Source: Candidatus Aminicenantes bacterium
Lineage (GTDB): Bacteria; Acidobacteriota; Aminicenantia; Aminicenantales; Saccharicenantaceae
Assembly (NCBI GenBank): GCA_963725825.1
Contig: CAVSAI010000023.1
Span: forward strand, 5,296 to 69,295
DNA length: 64,000 nucleotides
Direction of reading: 5' to 3'
Part shown: positions 33,074-41,579 of the stretch, piece after piece
Numbering within the stretch: position 1 is the first letter of the stretch
Layout of the letters: every line of letters begins with the position of its first letter
Made by a program: the position numbers and the translations under genes
The notes under the pieces: generated by a model
What the model was told of the DNA's origin: nothing
Seen by the model: the letters and a program-made list of their open reading frames with translations, nothing else
The model's database searches: none

Positions 33074-33988
33074 TCAAGCCTCCGCGGCGGTCTCGATTTT
33101 GGCCGGTTTGCGGTCATCGCCCCAGGAGCCCGGCGACGGCCCGGCGCCGGGCTTGCCCTTGGGGCGGCGGACCTCGTTCAGATCGATCTTGAAAAGGATG
33201 TCCCGGCCCTCGACCCCGGCCCTGATGAGCTCGATGTCCGAATCGGACGAATCCGAGGCGAGATTGGAGATCTGGCGAAGGATCATTTCTAGGTCGGATA
33301 TCAATCTCTCGAGACGCCGGTCCGAGCTTCGGAGTTCCTTCTTCAGAACCACGGCTTCCTGCAACAGCTCTCCCGAGGTCTTCTTCTGGAGCGGCAGGTT
33401 GAGTCTGAAGGGGTCCTCGTCCCGGGTGTCCGAGTTGACGACCGCGAGGAGGAGCACCCTTGACCGCTTGAGGTAGCGGGAGGCGCGAAGGGCGATCGAC
33501 GGCGCGGCCGGGCCGGATGCAGGCGCCAGGTGTCCGCCCGGAGCGGTTTCGGACGAAGTCGTTCGGACCAGGGCGAGATGCCCGGCCGCCGGACGGAAAA
33601 GGACACGCCCGATGAAGATCCCGATGACGATAAAGAGCAATGCCCCTGCCGTGCCGTAGGCCCAAACCGGGAGCGCGAGCGGACTCCGCGATTGTCCTGG
33701 TCCCGAGGCCGAACGGGCCCCTCTTTCTGCCGCGGCGCCGTCGGAAGCTTCCGGATCGCGCGCCATCCGCGACTCGAGCCGCTGCCAATAGCTCTGCCAG
33801 AACTCGGGGGCGCGATCAGGGGCCGGCCTGGCCTCCATCTTCCGGACCGCCGCGGCCATACCTTCATAAAGCCGGGCACATCCGCCGCAGGCCGCAAGGT
33901 GGCTCTCCATCTTCTCGCGAGTTTTCGCGTCCAGCTCCTTGTAGATGGCCTCGGGGATCCTGTTTCGCCAGTATCGACATCTCTTCAT
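33074..33988 (-). CDS. Anti-sigma factor (zf-HC2) with one TM helix
   Basis: N-terminal H-x3-C-x2-C motif (HLAACGGC), a central TM segment (AGALLFIVIGIFIG), and ATGA overlap with the sigma gene. Confidence 0.7.
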   Translation of the reverse strand: MKRCRYWRNRIPEAIYKELDAKTREKMESHLAACGGCARLYEGMAAAVRKMEARPAPDRAPEFWQSYWQRLESRMARDPEASDGAAAERGARSASGPGQSRSPLALPVWAYGTAGALLFIVIGIFIGRVLFRPAAGHLALVRTTSSETAPGGHLAPASGPAAPSIALRASRYLKRSRVLLLAVVNSDTRDEDPFRLNLPLQKKTSGELLQEAVVLKKELRSSDRRLERLISDLEMILRQISNLASDSSDSDIELIRAGVEGRDILFKIDLNEVRRPKGKPGAGPSPGSWGDDRKPAKIETAAEA

Positions 33989-34572
33989 GGACGGTCTCCA
34001 TGGTCTGAACAGGGCTCGGCGTCATCGAGCTCCTTCTGGAGCTTTTGGATCGAGCGAAAGAGATAGCTCTTCACTGAGCCCAGGCTGACGCCTAGGGTTT
34101 GGGCGATCTCCTTGATCTTCAGGTCGTGATAGTGGCGGAGGATAAAGACCGCCCGCTCCCGCTCCGAGAATGTGGCCAGGGCTTCGTCGATCCGGCGGCG
34201 CAGGCAGGCGACCTCGACGGCCAGTTCGGGCCCCGGCGCGGTATCGAAGGGCTCATTGAAGGGTCGCGCGGAAGAAGGTGAGACCGCTTCTTTGGGATAG
34301 AAGGACCTCTTCCGGAGGTGGTCGAGTGCTGTGTTATGGGTGATCTGGTAGATCCATGTGTTCAGCCCGTGGCCCGGTTTGATCGTCCCGATCGCTTTGT
34401 GGATCTTCATGAACGTGATCTGAGAGATATCTTCCGCGTCGGCGTTATTTCGCGTCATCTCAAAAGCCAGCCCGTAGACCTTCCTCTTATAGGTTTCGAC
34501 GAGCTCGCGAAAGGCAGAGGGGTCGCCGGCGATCAGGCGGTCCGCCCAGCGGGCCTCGTCCTCACGGCTCAT
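33985..34572 (-). CDS. ECF (sigma-70 group IV) sigma factor
   Basis: ATG at 34572 inside ORF 33985..34788. Region 2 is DAEDISQITFMKIH...WIYQITHN. The region 4 HTH is IKEIAQTLGVSLGSVKSYLFR. Confidence 0.85.
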   Translation of the reverse strand: MSREDEARWADRLIAGDPSAFRELVETYKRKVYGLAFEMTRNNADAEDISQITFMKIHKAIGTIKPGHGLNTWIYQITHNTALDHLRKRSFYPKEAVSPSSARPFNEPFDTAPGPELAVEVACLRRRIDEALATFSERERAVFILRHYHDLKIKEIAQTLGVSLGSVKSYLFRSIQKLQKELDDAEPCSDHGDRP

Positions 34573-34663
34573 CTCATCTCCGGAGTAGAGACGCGCGGGG
34601 AGGGGCAAAGGATGGCAAGCGCGCGACGGCTGCGGGTCGGGCTCATGGGGCTCCAGTCTAGCA

Positions 34664-34692
34664 TTGACGCTCCGGTCCCGGAAACATAGAAT
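34664..34692 (+). promoter_or_regulatory. sigma70-like promoter (TTGACG-N17-TAGAAT)
   Basis: Hexamers at 34664-34669 and 34687-34692, 50 nt upstream of the ATG at 34743. Confidence 0.45.
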
Positions 34693-34742
34693 GGGCCCGA
34701 ATGCGCCGGGGCGCAGGACCCACAGCCCCCTGGGAGGTTCCC

Positions 34743-37040
34743 ATGCGTCAGCCGTATCATACTCTGGCCAAGGCCGTCCTGATCTCAACGGTGTTCGGCC
34801 TGATTCTCATTTTTCCCGACCGCGTGGCCGCCGGCCCTCCGGGCTACGGCTATCTCGTCCAGGCCGGCCCGCGCTGCGCCGTGTGGTGGGCCGAAGGCGC
34901 CCACAAGGTCATGAGAGACGACCCCGTCCCCGCGGCCGTCCAGGGCGTTGTCCGCATCGCCGCGGCCCGGAACGAATACGAGCCGTTCCTGATCGTCCTC
35001 AACCCGGAGACGCGGCTCGACGGCGTCAGGATCGCGGTCTCCCCTCTCGCCAACGAAGAGGGAGGGACGATCGGACCCGCCGGGGTGACCGTCTGCCACG
35101 TCGGCTACGTCGAGGTGACCACGCCGACGGACGCGCTCGGCCAAGCGGGCTGGTGGCCCGATCCGCTTCCGCCCTATGACGGGCCTTTTGCGGCGGCCGC
35201 GGGCGAGAACCATCCCCTCTGGATCACGGTCCGGGTCCCGAAAGAGTCGGCTCCCGGGATCTACAAGGGCGAAGTCCGGCTCGGCGCGGAGGGCTGGTCC
35301 TGCCGCGTGCCGGTCGAGCTCCGGGTCTGGGGGTTCACGCTCCCCGAACGATCGTCCGTGCGATCGTCCTTCGGCCTTCCGACGGGCGATATCAAAGCCT
35401 ATCACAACCTCGAGACGCGCGAGGAGCTCGAAAAGGTCGTGGACCTCTATTATCAGGACATGCGCGAGCACCGCGTCGCCCCCACCGCGCCCTTCGAGCT
35501 CTATCCTATGACTGTCGCGACGAGCGGCGTCTTCTGGAAAGGCGGCGAATTCGTCACGGATGGAGTGCATGCCGGGCGCCGGGCTCTTAAGGTCACGGAT
35601 GATACGGTGGAGAAAAACATCGCCGCCGATTACGACGCGCCGATCCTGCTCGACGATCACTCCCCCGTAAAACTGACATTCTGGGCCCGGACGGCCGAAG
35701 CCGGCCAAAAGTACACGGTCCTCTCCGAGTTCTTCACCCCCGAAAAGACGTGGATCGCAGGCGCGAACCTGCTCCAGGTCTTCGAAGGCGCGACGGAATG
35801 GAAACAGCAGTCGGTCGAATTCCCGCCCCTCCCCGGCGACGCATCGAGCCTCAGGCTGAGTCTCTTTCCCGCTTTCCGCGACAACGCCGGCACGACGAAG
35901 GGAACGGCTTGGTTCGACGACATCGTCCTTCAGGCGGCGGCGAAAGGACCGGAGGCGCGAACCGAGAATATCCTGCCGGGCGGCGATTTCGAGATGCCGC
36001 TCGAGGGCATGACGGTGGCCGTTGACTTTTCCGAATTCGACCGGGGCGCCCGCCGCTTCCTCGACGAGCTCGGCTTCAATTCCTATGACCTTCCCCTCGC
36101 CGGCCTCGGGACGGGGTCGTTCTACAGCCGGCAGGAAGGGACCTTCTGCGGCTTCCGCCAGGGCACGCCCGAGTACGACGCCCTGATCAGCCAATATCTC
36201 AAACAGGTCGAGGACCACCTGGCCCGGAACGGCTGGCTCGGCCGCGAGTACATCTATTGGTTCGACGAGCCCGATCCGAAGGACTATCCCTTCGTCCGCG
36301 AGGGCATGCTCAACATCCGGAAGAACGCCCCGCGCCTGACCCGTTTCATCACCGAGCACCGCCCCGGCCCGGAGATCATGGATGTTTCCGAGATCGGCTG
36401 CACCATCTTCGACCGGGTCGATCCCAAGGCCGTGGCCGAGCTCGCCCCGAAGGGCCGCGAGTTCTGGTCCTACCTCTGCACCGGACCCAAATCCCCCTGG
36501 GTAACATTGTTCATCGACCATCCTGCGGTCAACATGCGCATGTGGCTATGGATGACCTACAAGTGGGGGCTCAAGGGCATCCTCGTCTGGCGGGCCGACT
36601 ACTGGAACAGCCCGACGCTATTCCCCCCGGACATGCTGCAGAACCCTTGGCAGGACCCGATGTCCTACACGGTCGGCTACGGCGTTCCGTTCGGCCAAGT
36701 CAATCACTGGGGCAACGGAGACGGCCGCTTCCTTTATCCGCCGAACCGCGACCCCGGCAAGGACAAAGCGAAGTACCTCTGCGGCCCGGTCGATTCGGTC
36801 CGCTGGGAGATCCTCCGCGAGGGCATCGAGGACTACGAGTATTTCGTGCTTCTTGAAAAGGCCATTGCGGCCGCCAAGGGCAAGACCAAGCTCAAGGCCG
36901 CGGCCGCCGAGGCCGCGAAACTCCTCGATTTCCCGGCGACGCTCTTTACGACCGGCAAGGACTACACCAAGGACCCGCTGGTCCTGCTCGACCTCCGGGC
37001 GAGGGTCGCCGCCGCCATCGAAAAGCTTGCGGCACGCTGA
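34743..37040 (+). CDS. DUF4091-type putative glycoside hydrolase with an inserted CBM-like module, secreted
   Basis: ATG at 34743 with a GGAGG SD and a signal peptide. The ARNEYEPF, HPLWITVRVP, VWGFTLP and C-terminal WEILREGIEDYEY motifs resemble DUF4091/GH123-like proteins. The middle segment ends in GTAWFDDIVL (CBM-like). Confidence 0.65.
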   Translation: MRQPYHTLAKAVLISTVFGLILIFPDRVAAGPPGYGYLVQAGPRCAVWWAEGAHKVMRDDPVPAAVQGVVRIAAARNEYEPFLIVLNPETRLDGVRIAVSPLANEEGGTIGPAGVTVCHVGYVEVTTPTDALGQAGWWPDPLPPYDGPFAAAAGENHPLWITVRVPKESAPGIYKGEVRLGAEGWSCRVPVELRVWGFTLPERSSVRSSFGLPTGDIKAYHNLETREELEKVVDLYYQDMREHRVAPTAPFELYPMTVATSGVFWKGGEFVTDGVHAGRRALKVTDDTVEKNIAADYDAPILLDDHSPVKLTFWARTAEAGQKYTVLSEFFTPEKTWIAGANLLQVFEGATEWKQQSVEFPPLPGDASSLRLSLFPAFRDNAGTTKGTAWFDDIVLQAAAKGPEARTENILPGGDFEMPLEGMTVAVDFSEFDRGARRFLDELGFNSYDLPLAGLGTGSFYSRQEGTFCGFRQGTPEYDALISQYLKQVEDHLARNGWLGREYIYWFDEPDPKDYPFVREGMLNIRKNAPRLTRFITEHRPGPEIMDVSEIGCTIFDRVDPKAVAELAPKGREFWSYLCTGPKSPWVTLFIDHPAVNMRMWLWMTYKWGLKGILVWRADYWNSPTLFPPDMLQNPWQDPMSYTVGYGVPFGQVNHWGNGDGRFLYPPNRDPGKDKAKYLCGPVDSVRWEILREGIEDYEYFVLLEKAIAAAKGKTKLKAAAAEAAKLLDFPATLFTTGKDYTKDPLVLLDLRARVAAAIEKLAAR

Positions 37041-37063
37041 CTCCGAGCCTGGCCGACGCCGGC

Positions 37064-37561
37064 TCAGAAAGCGGCGACCGCCTTCTCGACAAGGGGTCTG
37101 AGCGCGGCGACGTCCTGGCTCGTCCCCTGGCTCCCCGTCCAGTACTGAAGCTGCAACAGCCGCCCCTGCTTGAGCACCACGAAGATCGCCCCGAAAGAGA
37201 CCTGGCCGGAAAAAGCCCGGTCTCCGACGCCGGCCTCATCGCTCACTTTTGCATCGTCCATCGCCTGCGCGCCGTTGCGTGCCCCCATGAAAGCGGCGTC
37301 ACCCGGCACCCCCGGGATGCTCTTGTAGGTGAGCAGGATCAGCTTTTTCCCCGAGTTGGCCCAAGTGCACACCTGCCCCTGAGGACTGGACGTGTGCGTC
37401 GGTGTTCCGCCGAGAAGGGAGGCCACGTCCTCGGCCTTCAGGAGCGCGCACGCGTCGGTTTGCGCCGGGAGAAGTCCGGGTCGCAGCAGCAAGACAACGA
37501 GGGCGAGAGCTCCGATAGAGAAAGCGCGAGGCCTGAAGATCTCTGGAGTACGCGAGTCCAT
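37064..37561 (-). CDS. Hypothetical secreted protein
   Basis: 165-aa ORF with a signal peptide. No family recognised. Confidence 0.5.
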   Translation of the reverse strand: MDSRTPEIFRPRAFSIGALALVVLLLRPGLLPAQTDACALLKAEDVASLLGGTPTHTSSPQGQVCTWANSGKKLILLTYKSIPGVPGDAAFMGARNGAQAMDDAKVSDEAGVGDRAFSGQVSFGAIFVVLKQGRLLQLQYWTGSQGTSQDVAALRPLVEKAVAAF

Positions 37562-37597
37562 GAGTCTTATCCTCCGAGTCTGATCGATAAGAACCGA

Positions 37598-38014
37598 CTA
37601 GTCCACGACTTCGAGCGTGCCCGTCATCCCATGGTCCTTATGGCTCTTCGAAGACAACGGCGCGCGTTTGGTGCACCAGAAGGGGTATGTCCCGGTTTTG
37701 GTGGGCGTGAACTTGATCGTTTTCGGCTCCTTGCCCAGGGTGACATTGAAGTCGATCCCGGCTTCGGGGGCCTTGAGGAAGATGCTATGAGGGGTCGACC
37801 CTCCCTCCTTTTTGACGATGAGCTCGACCGGGACGTTGACCTTGACCACGATATCGTTCGGGTCGAAATAGTAGCTCCCGCCTGTTATCTCCACTTTCTG
37901 GACGCCGTCCGCGCCGACGACCGCGACGAATTTGTTCTTTGCTGTCTCCTGGCCGAAGCCTACCGATCCCAGGAGGAGGATAAGAACCGCCGCCGATACT
38001 TGTGGAATTCTCAT
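37598..38014 (-). CDS. Cupredoxin-like copper-binding protein, secreted
   Basis: Signal peptide. Candidate type-1 Cu ligands are H (STPHS), C (YPFWC) and H/M (DHGMTG). Confidence 0.65.
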   Translation of the reverse strand: MRIPQVSAAVLILLLGSVGFGQETAKNKFVAVVGADGVQKVEITGGSYYFDPNDIVVKVNVPVELIVKKEGGSTPHSIFLKAPEAGIDFNVTLGKEPKTIKFTPTKTGTYPFWCTKRAPLSSKSHKDHGMTGTLEVVD

Positions 38015-38123
38015 TTTTCCCTCCTTTGGAGCGCCGTTCTATCGCACATCCATCCGCTCAGGATAGTATCCAAGATTCGTGCCAGGACGGCCCGTCCCCG
38101 GTACGGGGGGTCAGGAGTCGCCG

Positions 38124-39050
38124 TCAAGGCCGGGAGACGGACCGAGACGAAGGACTCTGCGTCAAGGGGTGGTAATGCACGTGAACACGCCGCAGCAGAT
38201 CGATGTCCCGATGGAGCGCTCGTTCCAGGCGGCTGGATATGGCGTCCCCCTCGGCGACGGTCATGGCCCCGTCCACGGCGATGGTCAGGTTGATGACGAT
38301 ATACGGACCGAAGCGATGGGCCTGAATCTCCTCCAAGGCGAGGACCCCGGACATTCCGGCGACCGACGCGTCGACCTTCTTTCTGAGCTCCGCCGTGGGA
38401 ACGGTATCCATCAGGTCCCCCGAGGATTCGCGCAGGATCCCGAGTCCCGTCCGCAGGATCACCAGGGCCACCAGCGCCCCGGCCAGAGGGTCGAACCACG
38501 GGTAGCCATGGCGGGCCAGGAAGATGCCGATGCTGGCGGCCGCGGCGGAAAAGATGTCGTTGCGGTGGTCGAGGGCGATGGCGTGAACGACGGGGCTGCC
38601 CGTCTGCCGGCCGATCCGTCTGGTCTTCCAGGTCAGATACATCTTCAGACCCACGGTGAACAACGCCGCGAGTTGGGCCCCCTCGGTGGCCCCGGCCGAG
38701 GCCGCCCCCGAAGACAGAAGGTCGTACACCCGGTTGATCGCGTCCCAAAAGATGGCCACCGCCGTCGTCAAAACGAAGGCGCCGACGATCAGGGCCGCGA
38801 TGCTCTCGAGCTGCCGGTGTCCGTAAGGGTGCTCGTCGTCGGCCGGCTTGCGGGCCCTCCGGATGAAGACCTTGACGATGATCCCGTAGGCGACATCGGA
38901 CGTGGAGTTGATCCCGTCGGCCAGAAGGGCGGGGCTGTGTCCCAGAACGCCAACGACGGTCTTGAGCGCCGCCAGGCCGGCGTTCGCGAGCAGGGCGAGG
39001 TTGACCGCCTGCAGGTTCCGTTTGTCGGAATGCTCCGATTCCCTCTCCAT
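38124..39050 (-). CDS. Cation diffusion facilitator (CDF) metal efflux transporter
   Basis: ATG at 39050 inside ORF 38124..39323. SPALLADGINSTSDV, ADDEHPYGHRQLE and HAIALDHRNDI motifs, plus a C-terminal cytoplasmic domain. Confidence 0.85.
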   Translation of the reverse strand: MERESEHSDKRNLQAVNLALLANAGLAALKTVVGVLGHSPALLADGINSTSDVAYGIIVKVFIRRARKPADDEHPYGHRQLESIAALIVGAFVLTTAVAIFWDAINRVYDLLSSGAASAGATEGAQLAALFTVGLKMYLTWKTRRIGRQTGSPVVHAIALDHRNDIFSAAAASIGIFLARHGYPWFDPLAGALVALVILRTGLGILRESSGDLMDTVPTAELRKKVDASVAGMSGVLALEEIQAHRFGPYIVINLTIAVDGAMTVAEGDAISSRLERALHRDIDLLRRVHVHYHPLTQSPSSRSVSRP

Positions 39051-39061
39051 TCGTCCTCTCG

Positions 39062-41125
39062 TCAGCTCACTGCCCGCTTCAGGAATCTTCCATACCAGGC
39101 GAGATACCGCTCGTATCTGTCGCGGACGTAGCTGGGCATCGAAATGCCATGGTACTGCCCCGGGTACACGACGAGCTCGGTCTCGATGCCGAGGCTCTTC
39201 AGGGCCTGATACATCTGCTCGCCGCCGATGATCGGGACGTTGAAGTCCTTCTCCCCGCCCATGAAGAGCGTCGGCGTCTTGATGCGATCGGCCTTGAAGA
39301 AGGGATACGAGATCCTGACCCATGCGTCGGCGGCCTTCCAGGGCGCGCCGATCTCCTGCTCATATTGCCGGATATACTGGTCGCTCCCATACATCGACAG
39401 CTGCAAGGCGCTGCCCGCTCCGCTGATGGCGGCCCGGAAGCGAGGGTCCGTCGCGATCGTGTAGTCCGTCAGGATCCCGCCGTAGCTCCAGCCTCCGATG
39501 CCGAGCCTCGCGGGGTCCGCGACCTTCATGGCCACGGCCCGGTCCACGGCGCCGAGGAGGTCCATGACTTCCCTGCGGCCCCAATCCGCGAAGATGGCTT
39601 TCTGGAACGCGCTGCCGCGGCCCGAGCTGCCACGGTAGTTGACGGCCAGAACGACGTACCCGTTAGCGGCGAAAATCTCGCGCTCGAAGCTGAAGCCCCA
39701 TTCATCCTGGCCGTTGGGCCCCCCATGGATGCGAAGGAGCATCGGATAAAGCGTCCCCGGGGAATAGGAGGCCGGCTTGGTGATGAGTCCGTTGACGACG
39801 GTGCCGTCCTTGCTCTTCGAGGTGAAGTCCTCCGTCGTCCCGAGCTCGAGCCCGGCCAGCAGGGCGTCGTTCTGGTGGGTCAGCCGCCGCAGCCGGCCGT
39901 CCTCGAGGGCCGTCACTTCGGCGGTCTCTGTCGCCGTGCCGTCGAGCAAGGTGATCGCTCCGTCCGGGCCGAGCGAGATGTTCGAGACCGTGCGGCGGCC
40001 CGCCGTCAGCTTTTCGACGGAGCCTCCGCCGGCGGGCATCCGGCCGACGTAGACCGCCCGGTCGTCCTCGAGGAGAAAGGTCAGGCTCTTGCCGTCGGCC
40101 GACCAGCAGATCGGGTCCGAAACTGCCCGGTCGAGCTTTTCCGTGAGGATCCTCGCGGGGCCGCCCGCCGCCGCCGCCACGATGGCCAGCTTGCCGAGGT
40201 TGTAGCCCGAGAACCGAGGCTCGTCGCCGCGCAGGAACGCGATCCATTGGCCGTCGGGGCTCCAAGATGGGCGGCCATCGTCGGGACCCGGGAAGTCCGT
40301 AAGCTGGATGGCGGCCGCACCGGCCTTGGCCTCGATGACAAAGAGATCGGAGTCAGGATCACGGTCGATATCGGGGCCGCGCTCGCTGAGGAAGGCGATT
40401 CGGCTGCCGTCGGGCGACCACGCAGGCGACGTATCGTTGGACGCTCCCGAAGTCAGCGGCTCGGCCTTGCGGGACGCCACATCGAAGAGCCACAGGTGCT
40501 CATAGAGCCTCTTGAGATAGCCCGACCGGTCCTGTTTGAAGAGATAGCGGTCGACGACGATGGGAGGCGGGGTCTTCCGCTTCCAGCCCTCCATCTTCTC
40601 GGGCTCGTCGGCCGGGTCCCGGTCACTCGAGACGATCACAAGGCGCCTCCCGTCCGGCGACCAGGCGTAGTCGCTGACCCCACCCTGGATCTCCGTGAGC
40701 TTCTGGGCCTCGCCGCCCCTCCGGTCGAGAAGCCAGACCTGGGCGCCGAGCTTCTTCTCCTCCTCCGTGCCCCGGGAAGCGAGGAAAGCCAGGAAGCGCC
40801 CGTCCGGGCTCCAGCGGGGGGTCGATTCGCCGTCGGGGCTCGAAGTGAGGCGGATGTGTTCCGTGCCGTCCCAGCTGACCATCCAGAGATCGGTGTCCCG
40901 CTTGTCCTTTTCGGCATCCGTCGTACCGACGGTATAGGCGACCCACTTGCCGTCCGGCGAACGCTGGGGGTCGCTGACGCTCTTGATCTTGAAGAGATCG
41001 TCGAGCGCGATGGGGCGCTTGGCCGTCTGCCCGGCCGCCGATAACGCGACCACCGCAGCCGCCAGGGCGGAGACGATGACAACTAGACGGAGTCCGATTG
41101 AGGTCTTGATTCTGTGGGGTGACAT
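39062..41125 (-). CDS. S9 family serine peptidase (beta-propeller + alpha/beta hydrolase)
   Basis: Signal peptide from the ATG at 41125. Repeated SPDG propeller motifs, nucleophile elbow GGWSYGG, and C-terminal Asp/His region. Confidence 0.85.
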   Translation of the reverse strand: MSPHRIKTSIGLRLVVIVSALAAAVVALSAAGQTAKRPIALDDLFKIKSVSDPQRSPDGKWVAYTVGTTDAEKDKRDTDLWMVSWDGTEHIRLTSSPDGESTPRWSPDGRFLAFLASRGTEEEKKLGAQVWLLDRRGGEAQKLTEIQGGVSDYAWSPDGRRLVIVSSDRDPADEPEKMEGWKRKTPPPIVVDRYLFKQDRSGYLKRLYEHLWLFDVASRKAEPLTSGASNDTSPAWSPDGSRIAFLSERGPDIDRDPDSDLFVIEAKAGAAAIQLTDFPGPDDGRPSWSPDGQWIAFLRGDEPRFSGYNLGKLAIVAAAAGGPARILTEKLDRAVSDPICWSADGKSLTFLLEDDRAVYVGRMPAGGGSVEKLTAGRRTVSNISLGPDGAITLLDGTATETAEVTALEDGRLRRLTHQNDALLAGLELGTTEDFTSKSKDGTVVNGLITKPASYSPGTLYPMLLRIHGGPNGQDEWGFSFEREIFAANGYVVLAVNYRGSSGRGSAFQKAIFADWGRREVMDLLGAVDRAVAMKVADPARLGIGGWSYGGILTDYTIATDPRFRAAISGAGSALQLSMYGSDQYIRQYEQEIGAPWKAADAWVRISYPFFKADRIKTPTLFMGGEKDFNVPIIGGEQMYQALKSLGIETELVVYPGQYHGISMPSYVRDRYERYLAWYGRFLKRAVS

Positions 41126-41196
41126 GAAACGACTTATACCGCCCGGTCCGCAGGCTGTCAAGACGGCGAATTTGGGCCCGCCAGCGGACCCGGGCG

Positions 41197-41415
41197 TCAG
41201 AGGCTCAGGGACGTGAAGGACAGCTCGCTGTGCTGGGGCGGCGCTTCGTCGTCGCCGAGTCCGTCCTCAACGAAGATCTGGATGACGTCGCGCAGGTTGT
41301 TCAGCGCCAGCTCGTACGTGGCGCCGCGGGCCCGGCAGTCCGGGAACTCAGGACAATGGGCCGCCCATCCCTCGCTATCGCGGATCACATAGGCTGAGAA
41401 TCGGTAACCGCTCAT
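41197..41415 (-). CDS. HicB-like (UPF0150) small protein
   Basis: ATG at 41415 (MSGYRFSAYVIRDSEGWAAHCPEFPDCRARGATYELALNNLRDVI). The upstream 63 aa of ORF 41197..41604 are a read-through of intergenic palindromes. Confidence 0.55.
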   Translation of the reverse strand: MSGYRFSAYVIRDSEGWAAHCPEFPDCRARGATYELALNNLRDVIQIFVEDGLGDDEAPPQHSELSFTSLSL

Positions 41416-41481
41416 GTCGGCCTCCGTTATGCTCGGTTCGGGGGTTCGCTCGGCTTGTTCGGTTTCATTTAACCTTGATAA

Positions 41482-41499
41482 TTGCCAGATTTGTGCCAA
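41482..41499 (-). promoter_or_regulatory. sigma54-like -24/-12 element (TTGGCACAAATCTGGCAA)
   Basis: GG and GC dinucleotides have canonical spacing. TGGCAC is exact at -24, and -12 is TGGCA against the consensus TTGCA. It lies 67 nt upstream of the HicB-like ATG. Confidence 0.3.
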
Positions 41500-41518
41500 T
41501 TGTTCACACTGCCCAAGA

Positions 41519-41578
41519 GGGACAGTCCCCTCCGGGGACAGTCCCTTTTCAGAACTCGTACCCAAGGGACATGTCCCC
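41519..41578. repeat. Cluster of three GGGAC..GTCCC palindromes immediately 3' of dnaE2
   Basis: GGGACAGTCCCC at 41519-41530, GGGGACAGTCCC at 41534-41545 and GGGACATGTCCCC at 41566-41578. The first two together can fold into a 27-nt hairpin. Confidence 0.7.
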
Positions 41579-41579
41579 A

